NCBI GenBank assembly: GCA_013265495.1
Contig: MU058221.1
Location: 4,280,001-4,344,000 of the forward strand
Direction: 5' to 3'
From: Vicugna vicugna
Lineage: Eukaryota
DNA: 64,000 nucleotides
Positions 39,520 through 52,354 of the stretch are shown in pieces; position 1 is the stretch's first letter, and every line of letters begins with the position of its first letter. The notes under the pieces are model-generated. The model had not been told where the DNA came from, did no database searches, and saw only the letters and a program-made list of their open reading frames with translations. Both the position numbers and the translations under genes were made by a program.

Positions 39520-40182
39520 CTGTTGTAGATTATGGTTTCCAACCCAAGGGCAAGGGGCACCATTCATACATTTTGAACAGGAGATTTTTAAAGATTATTT
39601 TGGCCATTATGGGAGAAACCAACTGGGTGGGCAACATGACCGGATTAGGAAAGTCGGCTGGAGGCTACGGCAGTCGGTTCCATGATAGACAACGGTCGTG
39701 TGAATTACAATGTGACAGCAGAGACAGAGCAAAGTGGACAGCCTCGAGCTGTGTCCTAAAACCAAGCAGGGCTTGAAGATGGATTTGATGAGGGATGAGG
39801 AAAGGGGGGGGTGTGGATCTGCAGACCTCATAACAAAGTGGATAAAGTGAACGGGAGACGTTCAGAGACACACATGGAAACTGAAAATTAATTCATTTTT
39901 GGTACTTTAAGTTTGGCGTTCCATTGAGACAGACAAAACAGATTCCAAGTATCAGCTATATGGATCTGGAGTTCAGGAAAGAGATGTAGGGTGGTGAGAA
40001 AAGTTGTGGGGTCACAGACGAAGATACAGTGAAGGGTGCAGAAATGACTGTACCTCCAGGAAGTATGAAGCAGGAGCAGAGGTCCCCAAACTGAGCCCTG
40101 CAAAATACCACTGTTAGGCATCAGGACAGAGAACTAAGGGGACAGAAGAGTCACTGCCAGAGGAATAGGAACAAACACAGAA

Positions 40183-40264
40183 GGGGGATGGGGTGTACAG
40201 CTCTGTGGTAGAGCACATGCTTAGTCCTGGGTTCAATCCCAGTACCTCCTTTAAAAAAAAAAAA
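40183..40264 (+). mobile_element. vic-1-type SINE with a deleted anticodon-arm segment
   Basis: 'gtacagctctgtggtagagcacatgcttag|tcctgggttcaatcccagtacctcc' followed by poly(A). Confidence 0.85.
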
Positions 40265-40490
40265 GTATAATACAGTTGAGTGTGGTTTCATGGAGACCAA
40301 GAGCAGTTAACATTCCAAGAAGAAAGGAGGATGTGGTCAACCATCCCAAATGCTCCTGAGAGGAAGAGAACATTAGGACTGAGGCGGGTCCCCTGAATGT
40401 GACAACGTGGAGGTCACTACTGGTATATAATACAGGAGCTTCATTGCAGAAACCAAGTGGGAGTGGGCTGAAGATGAATGGAAGTTTCCA

Positions 40491-41062
40491 TGAGTGGATG
40501 CAGCTGAGCCCTGTGACCCTGGCAAACAGCACAGGTTAAGAAATCCCCCACCCTTTGTGCTCCAGAAAGCACTTGCTGCAAAGAACCACTTTTCTCCACA
40601 TAAGACTCACAGAGGCCCCCTATTTACCTATAAGGCGGGCAGAGCTCCTCCAAGTTCCCATTCTTCGCCTTATAAATGACCGGCTCAACTGCCTGTCCTC
40701 ACTGAGTAATCAGAACAAAATGCTTATTAACCAAAATTCGATTAAGATTCTTTCCTCCCCTTAATTGTCAGATGTTTGATCTACCTTCTGACCAAGCCAG
40801 CACACAGGTCCTCCTTAAGGGTCCTGCCAGGAAGAGAAGCTGACCTCAGGGTAGAGCATTCCATCAGTCATCTTCTCACCCCACTTCCCACATCCAGTTC
40901 TTTCTAGCCTTTTTTACTCCTCTCTACAAAAGAAAAGCCCTTTGTGCCTAAACTTTGAGATACTGGCAGATCATATGACCACCGAGCTTCCTTGTTGCAA
41001 TAATCCTCCCAAATAAGGTCTCTCCTTGCTAAGTCCAGATGTATTGTTTTTTAATTTGAAAC
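40491..41062 (+). mobile_element. ERV1-class solo LTR (MER34/MER89-like) inserted in L2
   Basis: LTR-like 3' part 'gttgcaataatcctcccaaataaggtctctccttgctaagtcc'. L2 sequence resumes on both sides. Confidence 0.6.
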
Positions 41063-41702
41063 GTGAGAATATACAAAGTGTGTAGATAACTCTCTCAAAA
41101 CACTTCATTGTGAAGCAGCATTTTAATGGAGGGGCAACCATGGAGAATCTGGGTGAAAAGGTGCTAAGCTGAGCAGAAAATCAGCAGGGTACATGGGGCA
41201 TGGCCTTGACTTGGGGAAAGGGGAGGAATCTGTGCCCATTACCGCACGGTCGCACGGTCCCATTGGGGTTGATAAGCTGGGTTGTAGGAAATATGCGAGT
41301 CAAGCTCTTTGGTGTCTGTTTGCTACGGTAGTTCAACAGCTTTGGGAAAGAATGATAGCATCTTGCAGAAAGCCAGCCAGTCTGCCCAATCATGACAGCC
41401 AGAGGAGCAGGTAGGAAGACACTATGCCAGGCTCCACTGGTCCTTGGCTCAGTGACATCTGGAGATTCCGCCAGACAGAAGGTCAGGCATAGAGAATTAG
41501 ACCACAGAGATGCTGCTTCAGCAAACAGACCAGACAGTGTGGGGACAAAATCCCTTACTGGGATGGTCATTTTCGCCAGGCTTCTGTTTATGGTGTAGGA
41601 AGAGTCCAAGTGCCTTAATAGTCAGTGAGAAAAACACAGAAAAATCTACAGACATTGTTTCTGAGCAAGTCCTAGGCCTGCACAGACTAAAAATCAATCC
41701 CT

Positions 41703-41758
41703 AGAAATTGACACAACATTGTAAACTGATTATACTTCAATTAAAGAAATAAAAATAA
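41703..41758 (+). mobile_element. Ultra-short camelid-type L1 3' end
   Basis: 'agaaattgacacaacattgtaaactgattatacttcaattaaa'. Confidence 0.85.
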
Positions 41759-41918
41759 GGGGGAGGGTATAGCTCAGTAGTAGAGTGCGTGCTTAGCATG
41801 CATGAGGTCTGGGTTCAATCCCCAGTACCTCCAATGAAATAAATAAGTAAATAAATACACCTAATTACCTCCCCGCAAAACAAAAATGAATAAGTAAATA
41901 ATATTAAAATAAAAATAA
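41759..41918 (+). mobile_element. vic-1-type SINE inserted in the L1 A-tail
   Basis: Full tRNA-Ala-like head and tail; TSD-like aaataaaaataa at 41747-41758 and 41907-41918. Confidence 0.92.
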
Positions 41919-42032
41919 AAATTAAAAAGCCAGAGAACAGGAAAGATACAGAGAAAATGTAGCTCCTCGCAGAAAATCAACCAATCAGATCAAATCAAAT
42001 CAAATCAAAGGTGAGCAAAAAGAAATAGACAT

Positions 42033-42058
42033 ACACACACACACACACACACACACAC
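42033..42058. repeat. (CA)n microsatellite, preceded by (ATCAA)4 at about 41989-42009
   Basis: Direct reading. Confidence 0.95.
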
Positions 42059-42419
42059 TTGGATATCTTGAGATCTTGCTACATTCCTGTCTGTGCAGCC
42101 TTATAAACTTCCTCTTTTTTGGTCAGCTGCTGCAAGCTCATATTGGATTCTTTTGGTTACAACCAATAGAGTCCTAAATTATACAAAATTACAACAGTCA
42201 AAAACCACTTATCCTCTGAACAACACTGCTTTGGCATACATAAAGTGAAATATGCCAGAAATATGAGAAGAAATCGACAGAAGCGCTTTTGTAGTGGAAC
42301 TTTGGTGCTGACTGCTCTGCACTTGGCTGATGAAGAAGAACAAATAAATAGAGATCTACGTTCTGAAGACTAAAAATAATAAGGCTAAATTTGGGGAAAC
42401 ATATCATGCTCGACACTCT

Positions 42420-43200
42420 CCACAAATCATTCTTCCATTCAGTATATTTTTGAGAGAATATTACACATTGGAATTGTGCTAAGCAATAGACTTTCTGTGG
42501 ATCATAAATACAGATCCTGCCCTTAATGGTGCTTTCAGGAAGAGACAGCCTTTGAACATATACCAAATACAATTGTTACAATTATATTTTGCAGTACAGG
42601 TTGCAAATTGCAATCAGTGCTATAAAGGAAAAAGTATGGGGTGCAATGAAAGAGAAGGATAGATTTCCTTTAGATCAGGTGGCCTGGGAAGAACTCTCAG
42701 GAGAACAAAGCCCATGGCAGGAGGTGGAACCAGCCAGGCAATCACAAAAAGACAGTTTCCAGTAGAAGGGCACCATGTGCCATGGGTCTGAAATGGGAAA
42801 GAGCTACTTGGTATGTTCAAGGGTCAAAAGAAGGCAGGTGTCTTTGCAGCTAGATCACAGCAAGCAAGAGGAAAGGGGACCAGCTCTGCAGTGGGTTCAG
42901 TCTTGATTCTCTCTTATCTCCAGCAATTGGAAAGCATTCAGCGTGTTACCGGGAGGGGTGCAAATTTATTTGAGTCTCATGACAGACAGGGGGAAAATGG
43001 ATTTTGAAAGGAGCAAGAATCAAGTTAGGAGTGAAGGAAAAAAAAAAAGTCTGATGGACCAAGAAAGATGCTAACTGCTTAGAGGGTGGTGAGCTTAGAG
43101 ACAAAGAGACTGATGTAAAATAAAATTCTGGTGAATTTGACAGAGTTTGGTAATAAATTGGATTTCAGTGGTATTGGGAAGGGAAATATTGCAAATGCCT
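42420..43200 (-). mobile_element. L2 3' region
   Basis: 'cattcttccattcagtatatttttgag...atcaggtggcctgggaag...aatttgacagagtttggtaataaattggat'. Confidence 0.7.
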
Positions 43201-43365
43201 CTAGGAAAAAGAAGCATTTTATTGAAGAATCTGTGGAACATTTATAATGATGTATCATGTACTCAACCACTAAGGAAATCTCAATAAATTCTCCCGATCA
43301 GACATGCACAAGACAACGTCTCTGACAGCAATTCAATAAAATAAAAATAAAAGTTTAAATAAAAA

Positions 43366-43765
43366 TAAGTGAGCCAGAAAGAGGAAGAAAAATACCATAT
43401 GCTATCACTCATGCGGAATCTAAAAAAAAGAAAGAAGATACTAGTGAAATGATCTACAAAACAGAAACAGACTCACAGACACGGTAACCAAACAATCTTG
43501 TGATTACTGGGGGTAAGGGGGTGGGAAGGGGTAAGCTGGGAGCTCAAGATTTGCAAATATTAACCATTATACATAAAATAGATAAACAACAAGTTTCTTC
43601 TGTACAGCACAGGGAACTATATTCAATATCTTGTAATAACCTAGAATGAAAATGAATATGAAAATGAATATATATATGTATATGACTGAAATATTATGCT
43701 GCACATCAGAAAAACTGACACACTGTAAACTGACTATACTTCAATTAAAAATAAATAAGTAAATA
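43366..43765 (+). mobile_element. Camelid-type L1 3' end
   Basis: 'acagaaacagactcacagac...gtacagcacagggaactatattcaatatcttg...gtaaactgactatacttcaattaaaa'. Confidence 0.92.
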
Positions 43766-43941
43766 ACTACCTGGATATTAAAGGAAAAACTAATACTAAA
43801 ACAAACAAAAATCTTTACTGTTCTAAATAACTCTCCAAGTCAATGAAGAAATCAACAGTGAAATTACAAATTATTAGACACAAAGAATTCTACAGCTCAT
43901 TTCTAATGGGACAGATGGTAACAGCCAGGTTCAGAGGCAAT

Positions 43942-44085
43942 AACTTAAATTATTGTGTTAATTTGTTAACAAACAAGAAAGATAAATTAAACTATGTCTT
44001 GAGCTCAAATATCATAAACTTAAATTATTGTGTTGATTTGTTAACAAACAAGAAAGATAAATTAAACTATGTCTTGAGCTCAAAT
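43942..44085. repeat. Two-copy tandem duplication, period 75 (69-bp units plus a 6-nt spacer)
   Basis: One substitution between the units. Confidence 0.97.
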
Positions 44086-44644
44086 TAGAAAAAAGAAAAG
44101 GACATAATCCTAAAGAAAGCAAAAGGAAGGAATTAAGAAGAATACAAGCTGAAATACAAGCCCAGAAAGCAGTAGAAGGGGTGAATAAATGAAGTGACTG
44201 GCCCTTTGAAAACAAAATCCCCCCAAAATAGATTAAGCTCCAGACTGTCAAGTCAAATGAAGAGAAAAAACAAATACTCAAAATTACTATAGGACATGCT
44301 AAGTCTCCGACTCTGGTAGGAACCGTTGCCTAAATACAGAACGTTAATAGAGAATGACCTTGGATGTCCAGAAATCTGTTTCATTTCTGTCAGGTGACCC
44401 ACATTAAGGAGTTCCAGCATTGATCTCAGGGAAGATGGTCTCAGATTCACAAAGATAATTTACACAGTAGCTCTAGGAGTTTAAGAGGAATCCAGCATTC
44501 TCCGACTCCTTCTCTCTTGAGGTGAAGATGGTGGTGGAAGGATGGGGTGATACAGAGAACGTGGGACGTCTGAGTCACTCATCGCTATGGGGAACCACCT
44601 AAGGACATCCTCCAATGGGGCTAGACACATTATTTTATTTTAAA

Positions 44645-44850
44645 TGTTTAATAAATAATTATATACTCCTCACTATATTCAGACCTTGCTCATTAGCTCA
44701 TTTGATCCTCATTGCAAATTAATGAAGCAAGTGCAATAACAGTTCTTGTTCTACAGACGAGGAAGCTGTAAAAAGCCAAGGAACTCACCCAAGGACATAC
44801 AACTAGTAAGAGATGGCCAGGGACTCCAGTCCAGAACAAATGGTTTGAGC
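44645..44850 (-). mobile_element. MIR
   Basis: 'ctcatttgatcctca...tacagacgaggaagctg...cccaaggacatacaactagtaag'. Confidence 0.75.
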
Positions 44851-44879
44851 TACTTCATCATGCAAACTTTCACCAGATC

Positions 44880-44990
44880 TCAGCCATTTGTTGAAGTTCT
44901 ACATCCAATCCCATTTTTATCCTTAGGAGTAAGGCTCTTCATAACGATTATAAAGCTTATCTACCGCAATGCAACACTCAACATCATGTG
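44880..44990 (+). mobile_element. L1 reverse-transcriptase remnant
   Basis: Translation LGVRLFITIIKLIYRNATLNI resembles L1 ORF2 LGIxGTYLxIIKAIYDKPTANI. Confidence 0.55.
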
Positions 44991-45039
44991 AGTCAATATT
45001 AGAACAATAATTTGTAAACTCGTCTGCCACCAGGACACT

Positions 45040-45210
45040 TCTTTGGGAGATATTAATAGATGCGCACTGAAAAAAAGGTGTCGAATACTTGTCAAATGCA
45101 TTTGAGAAATTCTGCACACTGTACTCTTACCCTTAAGCTCACACTGCCTACCATTCTCAAAAATCTTGTACTCAATAAAACTGCTGAAATTTGATAAAGT
45201 CTCCTAATGT
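45040..45210 (-). mobile_element. Possible L3/CR1 reverse-transcriptase remnant
   Basis: Minus-strand NFSNAFDKYS resembles CR1 DFSKAFDKVS. Confidence 0.35.
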
Positions 45211-45459
45211 ACCTGAACATGGGACACTCTCCCCCTCCCTCATTCAAAGCTCTTAAGATCCCACCCACACACTGTACCATGTGCTCTAGTTTGTGGAACA
45301 AATAGCATTTTCTTGGCAGGGGAAAGTGAGAGGCCCTACCCGCATCACTATGATCTGTAAGTTCTAGTCAGTGAAATAAAATGGAAAAAAACTGGGTTAG
45401 GATATGTAACTATTCAAAATACAAGTTTTATTTTATTTCACTTTTGCTGCTGTGGCAGT

Positions 45460-46460
45460 ACTTTGCCTAGAAAATCCAGATGCATCCACCGAAAACTAAT
45501 GGAACCAATAATATGTGCAGATAAAAACAAATGTATAATAAGGTAAAACGCTTTCCTCTGTGCTAGTCATAACCAGCCGTACACATCGTTGTGTGAAAAG
45601 TAAACGGCACACTCACAGTGGAACATAAAACATTTAGTAACACGCAGGTCCCGCAGGAGCAAGTGACCACTCTGCTAAGAGACCTCATCCTACTCCCGTC
45701 AGCATCATGAATGTTCACCTTTTTTGAGCCCTTAACTCTGTGCAGGCATATTTGGACTCTGTAAGTATCATTTCAATTAATCTTCACAATAACCCCTCGA
45801 GGTAGACCCTATTTACACGTGAGGAAGCAAACATATCTGCATATCAGAAAGTATAAAAGAAATCTTGAATGAACACGGAAGCACCCTGCCTTCTTGAATG
45901 GCTTATTGTAAGCAGAGATAGTGTTCATCCTTCCTCAAATTAATGTCGTTTTTTTTTCTTCCAGTTTTGAGGCGCAATTGACATCCAGGAGGAGGTAAGT
46001 TTAAGCTGTACAGCATGACAATGACTTACAGTATGAAATGGTCATCACCGTAAGTTTAGTTAACTTCCACCATCTCATATAGATACAAAATTAAAGAAGT
46101 AGAGAAAAAAATTTTCCTTGTAATGAGAGCTCTTAGGATTCAGTCTTAATAACTCTCATATATGTCCTACAGTGGCATTAATTCCAATCAAAACCATAAT
46201 GGTATCTTTTAGCTTGCTACAGTAAATTTACATTTTTATCTGGAAAATTAAGGGGTGAACACAGCCAAGAATATTCCTTAAAATAAGAAAATCTGAAAGA
46301 ACTTTTCTCTAACAGATTTTGAATGAAGTCAGCAAACTACTGAAAGGCTAACTCAGAAAAACCATACTCAGACAAATGAGATGTTAGTGTGTGATAAAGG
46401 GGTTATTTCCAATCAGCATGGAGAAGATGAATTATTTAAGAAGTGTTGGGGCGATTGGCC
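45460..46460 (+). mobile_element. Degraded L1M ORF2 pieces with a nested MIR (about 45710-45830)
   Basis: 'cctagaaaatcca', 'attccaatcaaaacc', 'gatgaattatttaagaagtgttggggcgattgg'. Confidence 0.55.
45948..46170 (-). mobile_element. L1MA/L1_Art-like 3' end
   Basis: Poly(T) then 'aattgacat...gtaagtttagttaac...catctcatatagatacaaa...tcttaggatt'. Confidence 0.75.
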
Positions 46461-48077
46461 TCATGTTCTGGAAGACAAAGAAGCATGGATGACTGACCAA
46501 AGGAATAAATATTTATCAACATCCTCTGTCATCTGGCTTTGAACTGATTAGCTATCCTGGAAGACAAACGTATTCTGAAACACTGACTGGCAGAATAAAA
46601 TGATTCTAGATGTAATTATCCTTTGTGGTGTTGTTGGGTTTTTTTTACCCCCTTCCTGAGTTGAAGGAGGAGAAGAAAATGTGGAAATCTCAAGATCTTC
46701 CAACACATTTTACTTCACCCTCTCCACTTTTCCCAACGACTGGCGGAAGTTTGAGGACCATCTACTGACTGTTCGACACGATAGGGGACACGCCTGGAAC
46801 ACAAATGAGAACATTAGAAGACAGAATCACCGGGAACAAATTCTAGGAGAAAACATAGCTCGGTGAAGGATGGGCTCGCCAAGAAAGGTTTGTGTGAGCG
46901 GACTTTGGGAATGTGTAGGACTTCCATGTGCAGGAGAGAAGGAGGTGAGAGTTTCAGAAATCAAGGAATGAATGAAAGCAGATGTTTTCACTGACATCAC
47001 ATCGTAAATTGACTATCCTTCAATTTTTAAAATTGGAGGAAAATGTGGTATGTCAGTTATATCTCAATAAACCTGAAAACACAACCCCAAAAAAGAGTGA
47101 ATCGGAGACTGGAACAGCGGGCACACTTGGGGGGATAACGGAGGACAACGAGATACTGTGTTCGGGGAAGAAAAGAAATCTGCAAGTGAGTCCGAGGAGC
47201 TGGATGTGACGGGAGCCGGTGTGGGTCTGGAAGCAGGTGAGTGACCCAGAAAGATAAGGGCGTTAAAGAAAGGCGGTCCTGGACTGAGGACAGAGAAGAG
47301 GGGGAAATTACATCAAGGGCCCTAGGTGGATTATCCAGGTGTGAAGTGACAAGGCTAAAGCAAAAGTCCGCAGATGGCGACAAGCTGCAGCAGGCACTCT
47401 GAAGGAGCCATCACCAGGACAGACTGGAGTCATGTCACAGTTCTCTTCAACAGCAGGTTACACTTACTTTAGCATCAAGCGCAGTACCCGGTTTAGAATC
47501 CAGTAGAATTAAGATCTCCTTCCATCAGTACCTCAGTCCGGCTTGTTCCCAAAGGGAAACGGCGTTGGGCACAAAAGCCCTGCCTACTCACCCACCCCGA
47601 ATGCTGCCCATTTGATTCACTACCTTCAGCCCAGGGTCCTAGTCCAAGCTCTACCTTCATGCGTCTTCACAGAACATGTATATTAGTACCGTATTCCTAA
47701 GAAAGCTGTGGGCTTTCTTTTCCCAGCGCACCAAGAGGAAACTTGGAAAAGTAAATTTGCTGAATTCTTATGTCTGTTCTGACGCTGAACATCTGAGCAA
47801 ATTTGAGCAAGAACTTCTGAGTCTTCGTTTCTTTATCTGTAGAAAGGGATACTGTTTCCTGACTTTCAACCTTACTGTGAAGACTAAAGGAAAAAGTACA
47901 TACATACATATTAAACCTGCCAACCCAGTGTCAAGTGTCTATAAGATGATACATAAAGGGGCCAGTTACTAACAATTATAAACACAATACCTTTGAAGCC
48001 TGGGTCAATGGTTCTCCAGTTTTATTCTCCCTCTGCTGCAGGGTCATTTATAACAACAGCCCGGACAACCAACCACG

Positions 48078-48096
48078 ACACACACACACACACACA
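48078..48096. repeat. (CA)n microsatellite
   Basis: Direct reading. Confidence 0.9.
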
Positions 48097-48154
48097 AAAT
48101 TGTTTTCTGCTACCTTAATATAGTAGAATCGAGATATCCCTTTTTAAAAAAATT

Positions 48155-48432
48155 GTTTTAAATTTCAGTTTAGTCAGTTCACAATGCTGTGTCAATTTCT
48201 GGTGTACAACATAATGTTTCAGTCATATATGTACATATATATATTCATTCTCATAGTCTTTTCCATTATAGGTTACTACAAGATATTGAATATGGTTCCC
48301 TGTGCTATGCAGTAGGACCGTGTTGTTTATCTATTTTATATATAGTAGTTAGTATCTGCAAATCTCAAACTCCCAAGTTATCCCTTCCCATCCCCCTTCA
48401 CCCTGGTAACCGTAAGTTTGTTTTCTATGTCT
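48155..48432 (-). mobile_element. Camelid-type L1 3' end
   Basis: Reverse complement of the 43366 and 50331 elements. Confidence 0.92.
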
Positions 48433-49084
48433 TTTTATCAAGTGAACCCCTTCTCTCCAAGAGCAGCACGGCCGAGTACAACCACTCTCCAGGACAGTTT
48501 GATGAAATAGTTTGCTGTAATTAGCTTTTCCAGGGGCAAAATGGATAACAGGATCTCATCAGGTGTGAGGGCTCTCCAGCTGATTCAAATTCCGTTATTT
48601 ATTTGGTACATCTGGATGGCGAACGGAAGCACCTCTGGCATCAGTTTCTCCAGGCTGTCTTTAAACAGGTTTAATAAAAGGATTAGGAGTTTAAATAGGT
48701 TTCCGACTGTTAAAAGTAGTTTTCTCATATTTCACGTTGACATTCTCAAAACCAATTTATCTTCTCGACCTTCTGGCTTGCTGCTCCCTCCAGAATGGGA
48801 GGCTGGCTCCGAGCAGGAGGAAAAAGGGAGTGTTTGCCACTCTGTGATCTCCAGATCTCCACTGGACACTTATTAAGTACCTACCAGGTGCACACAACTG
48901 GGATGGGAACTAGAGAATTCAAAGACATGCGTTGTCGTTTTGTTGGAAAAAGTAGAGAAGCCCATGTGAAATGGAAAGCTTTGTTATAAGAAACAAAGAG
49001 AAATCAAAATGTTTTATAAGATACTATGGGAGAGGCAGGAATGTAGGCGTGAATTGGGGAAGAAAGAGAAACTTGAACGTCTAC

Positions 49085-49270
49085 AAAAGTGGTTCTCAAC
49101 CCTGGCTTCCCATCTGAATCACCCAGGAAGCTCACTGAAGCTCCCAATATCCAGCCCACACCCCAGAACAATTAAATCCGTCCCCAGCACTGGGTCTTGG
49201 CCATAAGTATATATTTATTGAATCTCCCAAGATGATTCTAAGGTGCAGCCAAGATGGAGAACTACTAATA
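49085..49270. mobile_element. MER5A-like hAT element
   Basis: 'agtggttctcaaccctggc...gaatcacccagg...gatgattctaaggtgcagccaagatggagaactact'. Confidence 0.85.
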
Positions 49271-49949
49271 TGGAGCAAAGATAAAAGTTTCCATAAAGCT
49301 CTGGAGTATGACCATCAAGTGAGATGGAGGCTGGGGTGGGAGAGTGGGGAACAATTCGGATTGAGTACTAAATGCATTTTATTATTCTGACAATGAACAA
49401 TTACTCCCTCTAGAACAATAAGCACTGGTAGCTTCTTCAGTACCACAGATACCCGCAAAGATACACAGACGCCCATGTTTACAGAGCAAGGTCGATACCG
49501 TGTTCCCCAACAGGTTTCTAAGGCAGTATCCATGATTGGTGATATGACTATGGAATTTAACCACTCCCATTATTCCAAAAGTCCTCATCAGGGAGAGTTG
49601 CTGGTGGGGAATTCAGTACACTTGTAACCATGTGAAGAGAAGCAAAAGGGGACCTCGCGTTGGTTGAACACACGTGGCAGAGGGAAGATATAAGGGATAA
49701 GAAAGACTGAAGGGGAAGTGGCCATGGTGAAGTTTACTGGGTACCACACGGCAGGGTAACAATGAGCATGCCAGAGCCAGTGAAAGAAGGTGCCTATTGT
49801 GAGACCACAGAGGATTATAGGAATGCCCGTGTCGTATAAATTCATCTGCCCATCAATGACTTCCGCCTTCACTACCCTGCTGCCTAAAATTCCACCCCTG
49901 GACATCTCCCTCTTCTTTTTATATACTCTTAGAGAAAGCATAAGTGCTT

Positions 49950-51020
49950 ATAATTAGAAAACAATTTGGTGATATCTGATAAAGTTAAAGATGCATATCC
50001 TATGATTTAGCAATTCCACTTAGAAATAAATACAGTAGTGATATTCTTTATATACACTCTGTATTGTCTGTCACAGTGAAGAATGACAGGGAGTGAGTGG
50101 ATTCCATTATTTGAGAGTAGATAAATCATACAATATATTTGCATAGGGAATAACGCATAAGACATTAATATATGACAGACAATAAATAATTACTAAGGAT
50201 AAATTTCAAAAGCAAAATTTTGAGGTAGAAAAATATATACATTTATTTAGGTTTTAAAAGCACAAATCAATAAAATCTAAATGTTTATGGCTTAATATGT
50301 AAGTAGCAAATGTATAAAAATTTATTTGGCTGACTGGATAAAGAAGTTATGGTATATTTATGCAATGGAATACTACTCAGCCATAAAAAATAAAATAAAA
50401 TAATGCCATTTGCAGAAACATGGATGAATGTGGAGATCGTCATTCTAACAGAAGTAAGCCAGAAAAAGAAAGAACAATACCATGAGGTATCACTTATATG
50501 TGGAAACTTAAAAAACTAAAAGGCACAAATGAACTTATTTACAGAACAGAAACAGACCTACATACAGAGAAAACAAACTTATGGTTACCAGAGGGGAAAG
50601 GGTTGGGAAGGGATACATTGGGAGTTTGAGATTTGCAGATACTAACTACTATATATAAAATAGATAAACAACAAGTTTCTTCTGTATAGCACAGGAAACT
50701 ATATTCAATATCTCGTAGTGACCTATAAGGGAAAAGAATATGCAAAGGAATATATGTGTGACTGAAACATTACGCTGTACCCAGAAATTAACACAACATG
50801 GTAAACTGACTATACTTCAATTTAAAAAAATTTTATCTGGCGAGAGAGAGAGAGACCTATGTGATTAGGCTGAACACAAAGTGAGCTTTATCTGTAACTG
50901 CAAGGTTTGATTCTTAAAAACTAATCTGCAGCAAATATGATAAAATGTTAACGATGATCCCCTCTGAAAGATGGGTACTGTACTTAACTGTATGCATTTA
51001 ATATTGAGTAATAAATAAAT
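49950..51020 (+). mobile_element. Old L1ME-like 3' fragment interrupted by a younger L1
   Basis: 'aaagttaaagatgcatatcctatgatttagcaattccact', resuming with 'gcaaatatgataaaatgttaac'. Confidence 0.6.
50331..50830 (+). mobile_element. Camelid-type L1 3' end (about 500 bp) with TSD
   Basis: TSD-like aaaatttatttggc (50317-50330) / aaaattttatctggc (50827-50841). Confidence 0.93.
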
Positions 51021-52354
51021 AAATGATTGGGAAAGTCCATAATTTCCAGACAGTCACTTAAACCAGCAACCCAAAACTAACATCAGTATTTCCTACGTCC
51101 TGCCTGCCACCACAGGCACACCCAACACATTTGGTACAGCCCTTAAGATCTACTTCTATTTTGATTTTGTGACTATAATTGGATAGGTGTCAGTAAGCAC
51201 ATTTCACAGTTAATCTTCCTTAACTCACGGAAGGCAAAGAACTTGCTCTAGATCTAGGAGATAGGACCCAATCCTCTCCTTGGGAAGACTATTCCTCTTT
51301 CTGAAAAGTTCTTTAGAAAATTGCTGCTGGGCACGTGGAAGGCATTTTTAGGTAGAAACCATGCCATCAGTGGTGATAAGATTCCGGGCAAGCCTATTAA
51401 GCTCTGGCTTAGCGGGAAGGGCAGCCGCCACCCAGGGCAGCGCTCCCCAGAGCGTGGACGCGTGCAGGTTGACTTCAGTGGTGTCTGCACTGGAAATTAA
51501 GCAGCATTAGACTCCCACTCTGAAAATAATTCTCTTCTCAATCTGCATTTAATTTTCCTAATAATTTACAAGAGAATATATTCGTTTAGTACATATGTGT
51601 ACTTAACACTTTCTAAGGCTTGACAAATTTATCTTTTTCACTAAGAGGACTTTGGTTTCAGACTCAGCATTTCAGCAGGCAGCAGTGCCCAGCTGGAAAT
51701 TAGCCATATGGTTCTGTTTCTCTGTGTTATTTTTTATCAATACTTTCTGCTTTGGGCAAGGCATACTGGTTTTCTACTATGGTAGCAACCAACTTCTCTA
51801 AATGAAGGTTTTTAAGTTTTAAAAGCATGTTAATTTAAAGAAAATATTAAATACTAACAAGCAGTGCATAGCTGTGACAAAAATATTTATGCATTGAAGC
51901 TTGGACATCATTACTCTGAGGAAATGTACATCCTCTTGCTTTGATTTTCCTCAGATCTCTCTTTGTACTTCATTCTCATCCCTGGGTTGTCCCTTCCTCA
52001 ATGTCCCTCCCAGCACACGGATGTTGAGGGCTGGCAATTGGCCAGCAGCCAATGCTATTCCAAAAACACTCAAGGTTTATGTTATGTGTCTCCTTTCCCT
52101 CCTTCTTGACCTCCAGATCCACAACTAGTTTCTTCAGTGGAGGGGAACTACTTCACCTAGGTGTGAATTTCATCACTCACATGTTAATTCACTTGTGTAC
52201 CCATTCAAATAAACAAGTCTTGAGCCCCTTCAGCACTGCTGGGGATAATGACACAGGCTTAAACCTCCCAACAGATGGGGAACACTGAGTGAAAAACTGA
52301 CTAATTAAATAATACCAGGCCATATATGCTATTATAACAGATGTTTGATATAGA

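Larger units (their letters stand above)
38920..41110 (-). mobile_element. Long L2 fragment hosting MER20, SINE and LTR insertions
   Basis: L2 motifs such as 'gctatatggatctggagttcagg' and 'ggtgtggtttcatggagaccaag'-like text across the interval. Confidence 0.75.
41400..42185 (+). mobile_element. Old MLT1-like LTR, interrupted
   Basis: 3' signature 'ataaacttcctctttttt...ttggattcttttggttacaaccaatagagtcctaaattataca'; 5' limit uncertain. Confidence 0.45.
43200..44290 (+). mobile_element. Degraded L1M ORF2 fragment
   Basis: 'ggaaatctcaataaatt', 'gagctcaaattagaaaaaaga...cctaaagaaagcaaaaggaaggaatt'. Confidence 0.65.

Noticed and set aside
44928..44988. 61-nt plus-strand exon with good AG/GTGAGT boundaries
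   Set aside because: The translation resembles L1 reverse transcriptase, so it is most simply an L1 remnant with chance splice-like sites.
47367..47381. CTCF site (tccgcagatggcga)
   Set aside because: Only a partial consensus match, of a kind expected by chance in 64 kb.
48189..48524. 111-aa ORF (and the similar 50539-50745 ORF)
   Set aside because: Antisense reading of the L1 3'UTR.
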